Shown here one piece after another: positions 1-10,732 of a stretch of 64,000 nucleotides of DNA. Position numbers and translations under genes: made by a program. Source of the DNA: Sandaracinaceae bacterium (GTDB lineage: Bacteria; Myxococcota_A; Polyangia; Polyangiales; Sandaracinaceae); NCBI GenBank assembly GCA_044220955.1, contig JBGAQA010000008.1:1-64000 (forward strand), in the 5' to 3' direction. The notes beneath the pieces were generated by a model. The model was not told the DNA's origin, did no database searches, and saw only the letters and a program-made list of their open reading frames with translations. How positions within the stretch are numbered: position 1 is the stretch's first letter; each line of letters begins with the position of its first letter.

Positions 1-175
1 CGGCAGCGCCCCGCTCCGCAAGGCGCTGCGCGAGAGGTTCGGCAAGCGCGCGATCGTTCAGCGCTGCCAGGTGCACAAGATGCGGAACGTCGAGTCGCAT
101 CTTCCGCAGAGCAAGCGCAAGGCCGTGAAGGCCGCGATGCGGCAGGCGTACAAGAGCGCGAAGTCGAGCACTTGA
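1..175 (+). mobile_element. IS256 (Mutator-family) transposase fragment, 5'-partial and prematurely ended
   Basis: Frame from base 2 reads GSAPLRKALRERFGKRAIVQRCQVHKMRNVESHLP...KAAMRQAYKS then TGA at 173-175. QRCxxHKxRN is the IS256 signature. The stop falls well before the normal C-terminus. Confidence 0.8.
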
Positions 176-394
176 GCACGGCCGAGATGACGGAGGGGCC
201 CGGTCTCGTTTCTGATCGCGTTCGTCGAGGGAGGATAGAAACGGCCCCTCCGAAAACTTGATCGAGTCTTCGAAGGGGCCGACCTCTGGTTTGCGAAATC
301 GGAGGTGGCTCGAATGTGGCACGACGTGGTGCTGGGGCGGGAGTTCTTCGCGGGGCTCTTGGCGATCGATGCGGAGGTGGCGGCGCGGACCCGG
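173..394 (+). mobile_element. Probable left end of a second, truncated transposon-like element with the start of its first ORF
   Basis: Begins TG exactly where the IS256 frame dies and contains a 40-bp near-palindrome at 242-281. GGAGG at 301 precedes ATG at 314, giving MWHDVVLGREFFAGLLAIDAEVAARTR, which from memory resembles the small first ORF of myxobacterial DDE-integrase elements. Resemblance ends near 394. Confidence 0.45.
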
Positions 395-1100
395 TGTGCT
401 CGCGCGTGCCGTCGAAAGCGCGCGGCGTGAGGCCGGGGCCGAGCTCGAACGAGCCGATCTGCGACCAGAGCGTCTCTTCCTCCGTCTTTTCGACCGCGAG
501 CACGACGAACCGGTTCTCCTTGCAGGTGCAGCCGGGTGCGACGCAGAAGCAGAAGTCGACGATGTAGCTCCGCCCGTCTCGCACGTACGTGTCGGGCCGC
601 CGCGTCGGGTCGGCGTCCAGCAGCGAGAGCATGTCGCCGGGTCGCCACCGCTCGAGCGCGGCCTCATGCCACGCCGTCTCGGGAGCCGGCCTCTGGGCTG
701 CCCACTCCGCGTAGACGTCGTCGAGCGTCCAGGCTGGGATGGGCGCCTCGAAGAAAGGTCGGACCACCGCAGGGAGCTCCTCTCCACGCGCGTTCGTGAC
801 CTCGCCGGTCACGAAGTCGAGCGTGAGTGGGTAGCTCTCCATGGGGTCGTGTGCCTCCCACCACTTCGTCGTTACGTGACCCTCGTGGAGCTTCGCCCAG
901 CGGAGACGGTCGTCGACCGGGATCGCCGTCACCTTGGCCTCGGTGCAGTCGCACGCCGGGTTCGTGCAGACGCTCAGCGCGCACAAGAGACCGCGTGCTC
1001 GATCGTCCCGGCCTCGCCCGCGCGGGAGCCAGAAGGCGAAAAGCCACCCCGCGCGCTGGACGGGTCTGCTCGGATCCACGTCGATCCGCGGCACGGTCAC
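395..1100 (-). pseudogene. Cys-motif (CxxPxCxC x2) protein, 3' end disrupted; N-terminal paralog of the SEC-C protein at 31984-33975
   Basis: Hand translation; absent from the track because the frame has no stop before the window edge. GTG at 1100, ...LSVCTNPACDCTE...ERWRPGDMLSLL...YVRDGRSYIVDFCFCVAPGCTCKE..., becoming non-protein-like below about 395. Confidence 0.65.
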
Positions 1101-1132
1101 CCGACGAGTGTGCCCACGACGATCGCGATCGT

Positions 1133-2023
1133 CTACTCGGGCTCTTCGTCCTCGGTGAGCATGATCGCGCGCGCGCGCGCCGCGGCGCTCGCGACGATGG
1201 GAGCGAGGAGCTCGGCCGGCTTGCGCTCGTCACGCCAGCTGGGCGGGAGGCCGAGCTGCGCCAAGAACGTGCCCGAACGGCGAGCGGGCTCGAACGAGAG
1301 GTCGAGCGCGGGCCAGGGTGCGCGCGGGCGGTCGTAGGTGCCCGAGTCCAGTGGTCCGAGCGCTACGGAGCGCGGACCGCGCGAGCGCGTGCGAGGGCGC
1401 TCGCTCTGTCGTGCCTCTCCAGTACGCAGCGCCCTCAGCTCGGCGAGGACGGCGTCCCGCGTGCGGCCACGTAGCTCGAAGAGAAGGAACGGATCTCGAT
1501 CGAGGGCGTCTCCCAGGACGTAGTGCGTCGCGGCGACGTGCTTGCAGGGGTTGGCCCAGTCGGGGCAGCTGCACGAGGTCGAGAGATCGCCGTCGCCCCC
1601 AGGAAAGAGACTGGCTCCGGCACGCGCGAACGCGTCGTCGATGTCGTCGGGCATCCGGCCCGCGAGCAGCGACGCAGAGAAGCGCGCCTCGGCACCGAGG
1701 ATCTCGAGCGCGCGGCGCCACGACGCGTGGTCGATGACCCGGAGATCGATCGCGACCGCATACGGGCGTGGGCCGGATCCCGTGACCTTGGCGCGGACCT
1801 TCCCGGCGCTCACGACCAGATCGTGCACTCGGCCCGCGCGGGCGTAGGTGCGGCCGCGACCGAGACGCGCCGAGTACGACGCCGAGAATCGCTCGAGCGC
1901 AGCGATCCACCGCTGGCTCCACCAGGTCGCGCCCAGCTTGCCGACCTTGATCCCGTGCTCGGGCGCCTTCTTCGGCGGCCGTCGCTCGGGGAACGGACTC
2001 CAAGGCGATCGATCGCGTCTCAT
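1133..2023 (-). CDS. SWIM zinc-finger protein
   Basis: RLGRGRTYARAGRV and CSCPDWANPCKHVAA...DRDPFLLFELRG. The start overlaps the SNF2 stop. Confidence 0.93.
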   Translation of the reverse strand: MRRDRSPWSPFPERRPPKKAPEHGIKVGKLGATWWSQRWIAALERFSASYSARLGRGRTYARAGRVHDLVVSAGKVRAKVTGSGPRPYAVAIDLRVIDHASWRRALEILGAEARFSASLLAGRMPDDIDDAFARAGASLFPGGDGDLSTSCSCPDWANPCKHVAATHYVLGDALDRDPFLLFELRGRTRDAVLAELRALRTGEARQSERPRTRSRGPRSVALGPLDSGTYDRPRAPWPALDLSFEPARRSGTFLAQLGLPPSWRDERKPAELLAPIVASAAARARAIMLTEDEEPE

Positions 2024-5007
2024 GGCCGAGCCTCAGGGCGCGATGCGCGCGAGGTGCGTCGCGAGGGCTCGTCGTGCTCGTCGTCGAGCACGGCGTCCGC
2101 CGAGAGCGCGAAGAGCTCGCGCAGCTCGCGGTCGCCCATCTCCGTGATCCACGCCTCGCCCTCGCCGACGATCTTGCGCGCCAGGTCGCGCTTCTTGTCG
2201 AGGAGCGCGTCGATCTTCTCCTCGAGCGTCCCTGCCGTCACGAGCTTGTGGACCTGCACGTTGCGCTTCTGTCCGATGCGGAACGCGCGATCGGTCGCCT
2301 GGTCCTCGACCGCGGGGTTCCACCAGCGATCGTAGTGGAACACGCGCGACGCCGCCGTCAGGTTGAGCCCCGTCCCGCCGGCCTTGAGCGAGAGCACGAA
2401 CAGCGGCGCGGTCTGCTCGGGATCCTGGAAGCGCTGGACCATCGCTTCACGCGCGCTCCGCGGTGTGCCGCCGTGCAGGAAGAGCACCTCCCTGCCGAGC
2501 GACGACGTGAGATGCCGGACGAGGCGGTCGCCCATCTCGCGGAACTGGGTGAAGACGAGCGCGCGATCGCCCGCGACGACGACCTCGTCGAGCATCTCCG
2601 TGAGCCGCGCGAGCTTGCCCGAGCGGCCTTCCAGCGGACCCGCCTGATCGAGGTACTGGGCCGGGTGGTTCGTGATCTGCTTGAGGAACGACAGGAGCGC
2701 GAGCACGCGGCCGCGCCGCTTCATGCCGCTCTCCGCCGCGATCTTCTTCATCTCGACGTCGAGGACGGCCTTGTAGAGCGACGCCTGCTCGCGCGTGAGC
2801 GTGCAGATCACCTTCATCTCGTTCTTCGCAGGCAGATCGCTGATCACCTTGGGGTCGGTCTTCGTGCGCCGGAGGAGGAACGGGGCGACGATCTTGCGCA
2901 ACCGCTCCGCCGCAGCGTCGTCGCCGTGGCGCTCGATCGGAACGGCGAACGTTTTGCGGAACGTGTCGCTCGATCCGAGCAGGCCCGGGTTCGTGACCTC
3001 GAGGAGCGACCAGAGCTCGGCGAGCCGGTTCTCGACCGGCGTGCCGGTGAGCGCGATGCGACGCGGCGCGCGGATCGCACGCGCTGCGCGCGCGGTGATG
3101 GACGAGGCGTTCTTCACGTTCTGGGCCTCGTCGAGCACGAGCGCCGCCCAGTCGACCTCCGCGAGCACCGAGGCGTCGCGGCGGAGGATGGCGTACGTCG
3201 TCACGACCAGCGCGCCCTTGGCCTGGCGCGCGAGCGTCTTCGCGCTCGCGGCCCGGTCTTGCCCGTAGTGATGGACGATGCGCAGCTCTGGCGCGAAGCG
3301 CGCTGCTTCACGCTCCCAGTTGAGCGTGACCGAGGTCGGCGCGACCAAGAGGACGGGACGCACCTCGCGCGGCGCGCGCTCGCGCATGTGCAGCAAGAAC
3401 GAGAGGAGCTGCACGGTCTTGCCGAGGCCCATGTCGTCGGCGAGGCAGGCGCCGAGGCCGAGCGTGCTCATCGTGGCGAGCCACGCGAGGCCGCGCTCCT
3501 GGTAGGGGCGCAGGGTCGCGGTCAGCGACTTCGGGACGGCGATCGAATCGGTCTCTCCACTGCGGAGGCGTTCGACCAGCGTCGCGAACGCGCCGCCCGC
3601 GGAGACGGACACGTGCAATCCGTCGATCACGGCCTCGCCGCCGAGCGCGGCCGCGACCGCGACCCTCGACGGGAGCTGGTGGGAGCGTGCAGCGAGGCGC
3701 GCGCGGATCGCCGCGAGCTCGGCGGGATCGACGACCGCCCACTTCCCGCGGTGCAGGACCAGCGGCGTCTTCTGACGCGCAAGCGCGGCGAGCTCGCGCG
3801 CGCTCAGCGTGTCGTCTCCGATCGCCGCTTCCCAGGCGAAGTCGACCACGTCGAGCATCCCGAGGCCCGCTCCGTCTGCGCGTCCGCGCTGGCCCGTCTG
3901 ACCGAGCCGCACGCGCGCACGCAGCCGCCGCGCGCCTCGCGTCGTCAGCTCACTCGGAACGATCACCGAGATCCCCGACTCCGAGAGCTCCGCGCCGGCG
4001 GTGGTCAAGAGCGCCCAGGCCTCGCTGGCGTCGAGCGTCACGAAGGTGGGCGCCTTCGCCGAGAGCGCCCGGTCGATCGGCGCGAACGCTCGCGCGGCAC
4101 GCCCCAGCTCAGCAAGCAAGGTGTGCTCGGCGTCGTGAGCGGCCACACCGAGCGACCCGACGGCAGGCCCCGCGGTCCACACGTCGTCCGCGGGCACCTG
4201 CGCGGCCCTATCTGCGCGTGCCTCGAGGAGGAACGCGAGTCGGAACAGAGACGTGTCGCTCTCGGGCAGCTCGAGGCGAAGCGCCAAGCGCGGCGCATCG
4301 GTACGCGCCGCGAGCGGCTCGCTCCACGCCTCGAGCTCGCTCGCGACGGTTCGCTCGGCGAAGCCGGAGGCGTCGAACGCGCGCGCGGTAGTCGTCAGCG
4401 CCTCGACCCAGCGGGTCTCCCATCGCCGTCGGTCGGGTGCGTCGTCGAACCGGAAGGCCGAGGGAGCGTCCTCCCGCACGAAGGCGTCGATGACCGCATC
4501 GAGCACCTCGCGCACGAGCGCGTCGGGTGCCCAGGCCTCCGTGCCCTTGCCGATCGGGACCGCGTGCGCGGCCGGCGGCAGGGAGCGGGCCAGTGCCGAG
4601 AGGCGCTCCGCGTCCCGTGGATGAGCGAGCGCGGCGCCCCAGCGAATGCTCGTCGCATCCTCGCCGTGCCCATCCTCAGCGCGCCCATCGTCGTCACGCC
4701 CATCCTCATCACGACAGAGCAGCGGCACGACGTGCTCGCGCGCGATCAGGTCGAGCGCGAAGCGCGCGATCAGCGCGTAGGCCACGAACGACCCCGGCGC
4801 GCTCTCGAGCTCGGTCGCGCTGGCCTGCGCGAGGCGCTCGATCACGCGCTCACGCGGGAGGACGACCCCTCGCACGCGGCGACGCAAGCCCGGCGGGACG
4901 ACGAGCGGCTGTGTGTGCGGCGTCGCGCCCTCCGCCAGGCTCGCGAGGATCGAGCGCTCGCCGTGCAGGAGGAACGTCGCGATCTCTGGAACGAACACCA
5001 GCGGCAC
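2020..5007 (-). CDS. SNF2-family (SWI2/SNF2) ATP-dependent helicase/translocase
   Basis: LRPYQERG, LADDMGLGKT, DEAQNVKN, ALTGTPVENRL, SLKAGGTGLNL, WWNPAVEDQATDRAFRIGQ. Start GTG at 5007 is my estimate. Confidence 0.95.
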   Translation of the reverse strand: MPLVFVPEIATFLLHGERSILASLAEGATPHTQPLVVPPGLRRRVRGVVLPRERVIERLAQASATELESAPGSFVAYALIARFALDLIAREHVVPLLCRDEDGRDDDGRAEDGHGEDATSIRWGAALAHPRDAERLSALARSLPPAAHAVPIGKGTEAWAPDALVREVLDAVIDAFVREDAPSAFRFDDAPDRRRWETRWVEALTTTARAFDASGFAERTVASELEAWSEPLAARTDAPRLALRLELPESDTSLFRLAFLLEARADRAAQVPADDVWTAGPAVGSLGVAAHDAEHTLLAELGRAARAFAPIDRALSAKAPTFVTLDASEAWALLTTAGAELSESGISVIVPSELTTRGARRLRARVRLGQTGQRGRADGAGLGMLDVVDFAWEAAIGDDTLSARELAALARQKTPLVLHRGKWAVVDPAELAAIRARLAARSHQLPSRVAVAAALGGEAVIDGLHVSVSAGGAFATLVERLRSGETDSIAVPKSLTATLRPYQERGLAWLATMSTLGLGACLADDMGLGKTVQLLSFLLHMRERAPREVRPVLLVAPTSVTLNWEREAARFAPELRIVHHYGQDRAASAKTLARQAKGALVVTTYAILRRDASVLAEVDWAALVLDEAQNVKNASSITARAARAIRAPRRIALTGTPVENRLAELWSLLEVTNPGLLGSSDTFRKTFAVPIERHGDDAAAERLRKIVAPFLLRRTKTDPKVISDLPAKNEMKVICTLTREQASLYKAVLDVEMKKIAAESGMKRRGRVLALLSFLKQITNHPAQYLDQAGPLEGRSGKLARLTEMLDEVVVAGDRALVFTQFREMGDRLVRHLTSSLGREVLFLHGGTPRSAREAMVQRFQDPEQTAPLFVLSLKAGGTGLNLTAASRVFHYDRWWNPAVEDQATDRAFRIGQKRNVQVHKLVTAGTLEEKIDALLDKKRDLARKIVGEGEAWITEMGDRELRELFALSADAVLDDEHDEPSRRTSRASRPEARP

Positions 5008-5168
5008 GGCCGGTTCATGCCATGCCCGGAGCACCGACGACAGCGCTCGCGGGATCGCGCACCGCCCCGCGCGAGCGCGGAGCCGGCGCTCGCGTCGAAC
5101 GCACGGCGCGTCCTTGCGGAACTGCACCGCGCGCTCGGAGTTGACCTTGTACCCGACGGCGATGATGG

Positions 5169-5399
5169 CCGATCCTCGCGAGCTTGCTCTCGCTCGTCGC
5201 GTTCGATGGCAGCGCTGCCTACGGCGCCGGACTGCTCTTCGCCTACGGCGTCGGGATTGCGATCCCCGTCGTCGCGCTCGGCACTGCGGCGGCTTCGCTC
5301 GTGTCGCGGCTCGACGGACGCGGCTGGCGGCCGATCATCGATCGCGCCACGGGCGTGCTGATGATCGGTCTCGGCCTCTACGTCGTCGCCAGCGGGTGA
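5169..5399 (+). pseudogene. C-terminal fragment of a CcdA/DsbD-type cytochrome c biogenesis membrane protein
   Basis: PILASLLSLVA...GAGLLFAYGVGIAIP...RATGVLMIGLGLY matches the last three helices of CcdA. An in-frame TGA lies just upstream and the N-terminal half is missing. Confidence 0.65.
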
Positions 5400-5532
5400 C
5401 TTCGCACCGGCGTCCGAGCAGCAAGAGCTCGATCGCCTGACGTGCCGACGTGACCGAGCAGGCGACGCCAACGCCGGCTCGATCTCGCGACGAGGTGCGG
5501 CGGGGTCCGCTGTCGGCGCGTCGCGCTCGATC

Positions 5533-7167
<1,635 letters not shown>

Positions 7168-7376
7168 GTCGTTCCCTCCGGTCGCCGCACCAGCAGCGCG
7201 CGTGCCGGCCGGTGTCCCCGCGTTTCCGATGGGCTGTCGCGCAAGGCTTGCGTCCCAGGCGTTCGGTCGCGCAGTGGGTGCGCAGCCAGCACGCACGCGA
7301 CGTGGCTTGATCCGCGCCGTCGCGTGTCTACGAGGGAAATCGGCGGCGATGTTTGCCTGCGATGGAGGATGCGAAC

Positions 7377-7835
7377 ATGGCGAACCTGACCAAGCGTGAC
7401 GAGGTATTCAGCTGGGATCCCTTCCGCGAGCTCGAGGACTTCTCCCGACGGCTCTCGCGGTCGTTCAGGCGCTCGGACCTTGCGGCGTCGCCGATGGCCG
7501 ACTGGACGCCGCGCGCGAACGTGCACGAGGCCCCCGAGCACTACGAGATCCAGGCGGAGCTACCCCAGGTGAAGAAGGAGGACGTCAAGGTCACGCTCGA
7601 GCGCGGGGTGCTGACGCTCTCCGGCGAGCGGAAGTACGAGAAGAAGGAGGGCGGCGGGAGCAAGCCCTTGCGCGTCGAGAGCGCGTACGGGTCGTTCGTG
7701 CGCTCGTTCACGATGCCCGACGACGTGGACGCGGAGAAGATCGACGCGCGCTTCGAGAACGGCATGCTCAGCGTCAAGCTCGGCCGCGTGCCGAACCACA
7801 CGGCGCCCGCGACGAAGACGATCACGATCAAGTGA
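7377..7835 (+). CDS. Small heat-shock protein (Hsp20/alpha-crystallin)
   Basis: [45 protein letters not shown] precedes the ATG at 7377. Confidence 0.95.
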   Translation: MANLTKRDEVFSWDPFRELEDFSRRLSRSFRRSDLAASPMADWTPRANVHEAPEHYEIQAELPQVKKEDVKVTLERGVLTLSGERKYEKKEGGGSKPLRVESAYGSFVRSFTMPDDVDAEKIDARFENGMLSVKLGRVPNHTAPATKTITIK

Positions 7836-7848
7836 AGTGAAGAGCCGC

Positions 7849-9147
7849 TCAGGGGTCCGCGCCCGCGTCGCGCTCGGGGTGATCCCGCAGCGCGCGCGGC
7901 GAGAGCGTCGCGCCGCCCCACTTCGCGCGCCGGAGGCGCTGCGAGGGATAGATGCCCCGGTGACCGGCCATCACGTAGGCCAATGCGCAGACGATCACGA
8001 CGTGCGGCAGCACGTTCGCTCCCAGGAGCTCGACGGCCATCACGGAGAGCGCGAGGGGAGCGTTCGACGCGACGGCGAACACGGCCGCGAGGCCGACGCC
8101 GGCTCCGAGATCGATCGGTAGGCCCATCAGCCGTGCGAGCACGCTCCCGAGCGCGGCGCCCACGAAGAATAGAGGTGTGACCTCGCCGCCGAGAAACCCG
8201 GCGCCCAGCGTCACCGCGGTGAACAGCAGCTTGGCCGCGAACGCGTACGCCGCGAGCTCGGGATCCGAGAACGAGCGGACGATCGTGGGGACGCCGAGGC
8301 CGAGGTAGTCGCTCGTGCCGACGAGCTGCCACATCACGACGACCGTCGCGCCGCCGAGGAGCATCCGGAGCGGCAGCCGCGGGACGCGCGCCTCGAGGCT
8401 CTTCTTCAGCCAGTGCGTCAGCTCGATGAACGCCGTCGTCACCGCGGCGACCGCGGCGGCGAACACGACCCAGCGCAGGACCACGCCGGGCGTGAGGTCG
8501 AGGTGCGCGACGACGGGGTAGGTCGTGTGCACGATCCCGAGCGCGCGCGTCGTCATGTCGCCGAGCACGGCCGCGACCAGCGCGGGGACGAGCGCGTGGT
8601 ACTCGATGCGGCCGAGCACGACGAACTCGAGGCCGAAGATCGCGCCGGCGATCGGCGTGCCGAAGACGCTCCCGAACCCGCCCGCGACGCCGGCCGCGAG
8701 CATGAGCCGCCGGGACTCGCTCGAGACGCGCAGGCGATGCGCGATCGCGTCCGCGAGGCTCGCGCCCATCTGCACCGCCGTACCCTCGCGTCCCGCGCTG
8801 CCTCCGAACAGGTGCGTGAGCACGGTGCCGAGCATCACCATCGGGCCCATGCGCAGCGGGATCTCGGGGCCGCCGTCGTGGATCGTGTCGATGACGAGGT
8901 TGTTCCCGGCCTTGATGGAGGCGCCGAAGCGCTCGTAGAGCCAGCCGATCACGAGCCCGGCGAGCGGGAGCGCGAACACGACGGATTCGTGGGCGTCGCG
9001 GTAGCCGGTCACGACGTCGAGGAGCCAGAGAAAGAGCGCGGAGGCCGCGCCGGACGGGACGCCGACGATGGCGCCGAGCCCGATCCACCTCGACAGCGCG
9101 CTCGCCCCGGAGCGGAGCGCGTCGTTCTGCGTGGAGCTCGTGGTCAT
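7849..9147 (-). CDS. CLC-F type fluoride/proton antiporter (EriC-like CLC family)
   Basis: Fluoride-clade signatures GNNLV, GREGT and GEVTP; multi-pass membrane protein directly downstream of a fluoride riboswitch. Confidence 0.92.
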   Translation of the reverse strand: MTTSSTQNDALRSGASALSRWIGLGAIVGVPSGAASALFLWLLDVVTGYRDAHESVVFALPLAGLVIGWLYERFGASIKAGNNLVIDTIHDGGPEIPLRMGPMVMLGTVLTHLFGGSAGREGTAVQMGASLADAIAHRLRVSSESRRLMLAAGVAGGFGSVFGTPIAGAIFGLEFVVLGRIEYHALVPALVAAVLGDMTTRALGIVHTTYPVVAHLDLTPGVVLRWVVFAAAVAAVTTAFIELTHWLKKSLEARVPRLPLRMLLGGATVVVMWQLVGTSDYLGLGVPTIVRSFSDPELAAYAFAAKLLFTAVTLGAGFLGGEVTPLFFVGAALGSVLARLMGLPIDLGAGVGLAAVFAVASNAPLALSVMAVELLGANVLPHVVIVCALAYVMAGHRGIYPSQRLRRAKWGGATLSPRALRDHPERDAGADP

Positions 9148-9219
9148 CTGCTCTTCTCCCCTGGCGCCGGGAGGAGCCTCGCGCTCGGCTCCTACGGGCG
9201 CCCGCACGACGGGCACTGC

Positions 9220-9272
9220 GTAGGAGTCATTGGCGGCGCGACGCCGCGGTTCTCGGCGGACTCCACCGCCAT
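9220..9272 (-). ncRNA. Fluoride riboswitch (crcB motif)
   Basis: Minus strand reads GGCGGTGGAGTCCGCC-GAGAACC-GCGGCG-TCG-CGCCGC-CAATGACTCCTAC, giving P1, P3 and the GGAG/CTCC pseudoknot, about 70 nt upstream of the CLC-F start. Confidence 0.92.
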
Positions 9273-9392
9273 CGAGTTGTGCGCCAAGCCAGGATGCCGC
9301 CTGCCGGTGCAGCGATCAAGGCCTCGCAGCGAGCACACCTTGTGGGACACGCTTTCTTGCGCCCCGCTCCGCGCGCGTGGTCGGTTCGGCGC

Positions 9393-9809
9393 ATGAGCCA
9401 CGCGAGCACCCGGTCGAAGCGAGACGCGGACGCGACGGCGCCCGTGCGCACCACGTTCCTGCGCCGCGGCGACGAGAGCCCCGTCCACGAGCACGACGAG
9501 AGCGCGGCCTGGATGCACGTCGTCACGGGCGAGCTCGTCGAGGAGCGCTGGACGCGCCACGCGGAGGGCGGATTCCTCCACGAGCGCCGCGCGCTCCGCG
9601 GCGGTCAGTCGATGGCCGCGCCCGGCGGCGTCTTGCACCGCGTGCGCGCGCTGGGCGACACCGTGTTCGTGACGACGTGCGCCTGCGGGTGCATGCAGGC
9701 AGAGGCCGCCGACGTCGGCGAGATCCACGAGGCACAGCGTCGCGCGCGCTCGGGCGTGCACCACGTGTGGGCGATGCAGACCGCGAGCGGCGAGCCGGCG
9801 CCGCGCTGA
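9393..9809 (+). CDS. Cupin protein, cysteine-dioxygenase-like
   Basis: SPVHEHDESAAWMHVVTGELVEERW...LHRV cupin motifs 1 and 2, plus CACGC. Confidence 0.7.
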   Translation: MSHASTRSKRDADATAPVRTTFLRRGDESPVHEHDESAAWMHVVTGELVEERWTRHAEGGFLHERRALRGGQSMAAPGGVLHRVRALGDTVFVTTCACGCMQAEAADVGEIHEAQRRARSGVHHVWAMQTASGEPAPR

Positions 9810-9850
9810 GCCGATGCGCCCGGGCTCCCCTGCGCGTATGAACGGACGCG

Positions 9851-10732
9851 ATGGACATCCGGCAGCTCGAGACGTTCGTCGCCGTCGCTCGCGAGGGCAG
9901 CATCACCCGCGCCGCGGAGCGAGTGCACCTCAGCCAGCCCGCGGTGAGCGCGCACATCAAGGCGATCGAGGACGCGCTCGGTCTCACGATCTTCGAGCGC
10001 ACCTCGCGCGGGATGAGCTTGACCGGCGACGGTGAGCGCCTGCTCGCCAAGGCGGAGAAGATCCTCGCCGCTCAAGAGGAGCTGATGTCCGAGGCCACGC
10101 GCATCAAGGGAGGTCTCGGGGGCAAGCTGCGACTCGGCGCCGCCGCCAACACCAGCCACGAGGCCATCGGCGTACTGCTGACGACGCTCTCCGAGCGCTA
10201 CCCCCAACTGGACGTGACGCTTCGCCACGGCCCGTCGGCGGACATCGTTGCGGGCATCCGCGACGGCAGTCTCGACGTTGGCGTCTACAACGAGCCGGAC
10301 GAGCCGGACGGAGACCTCGAGACTCTCGAGGTGAGCCAGTTCCGGATCCACGTCGCGGCGCCGCCGGGGCTCGTCGCCGTCGGGGAGCCGCTCGACTGGA
10401 GCGCGCTGGCGGAGGTGCCGTGGATCTACCCGACGTCGAGCGCCTGCTGCGGGCGCACCGCGGAGCGCCTCTTCCTGACGCACGGCATTCGGCCCCGGCG
10501 CATCGTCGGGGTCGATCGCGAAGACCTCACGCGGACGCTGATCGCGGCAGGGATCGGGGTGGGTCTCTTGCACGCAGCCACGGCGCAGCAGGCGCGCGCC
10601 CGCGGTCAAGTGGAGCTGCTCTTCGAGTCGCCGACGCCGGTGCGCGTCCTGCTCGCGCACCTCGCGCGCCGCGCCGGCGACCCGCTCTGGGTCGCGACGA
10701 GCGCGATCATGCGCGCGGCCGCACCCCGCTGA
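9851..10732 (+). CDS. LysR-family transcriptional regulator
   Basis: MDIRQLETFVAVAREGSITRAAERVHLSQPAVSAHIK HTH; 293 aa. Confidence 0.96.
   Translation: MDIRQLETFVAVAREGSITRAAERVHLSQPAVSAHIKAIEDALGLTIFERTSRGMSLTGDGERLLAKAEKILAAQEELMSEATRIKGGLGGKLRLGAAANTSHEAIGVLLTTLSERYPQLDVTLRHGPSADIVAGIRDGSLDVGVYNEPDEPDGDLETLEVSQFRIHVAAPPGLVAVGEPLDWSALAEVPWIYPTSSACCGRTAERLFLTHGIRPRRIVGVDREDLTRTLIAAGIGVGLLHAATAQQARARGQVELLFESPTPVRVLLAHLARRAGDPLWVATSAIMRAAAPR

Noticed and set aside
2074..5361. 1095-aa plus-strand ORF, and similar giant ORFs (13896-17006, 14852-20113, 17064-23213, 62276-63799)
   Set aside because: Antisense or off-frame shadows of clear genes. They are Arg/Ala-rich without motifs, as expected at this GC content.
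7168..7376. CIRCE/HrcA operator between groEL and hsp20
   Set aside because: The TTAGCACTC-N9-GAGTGCTAA pattern is absent.
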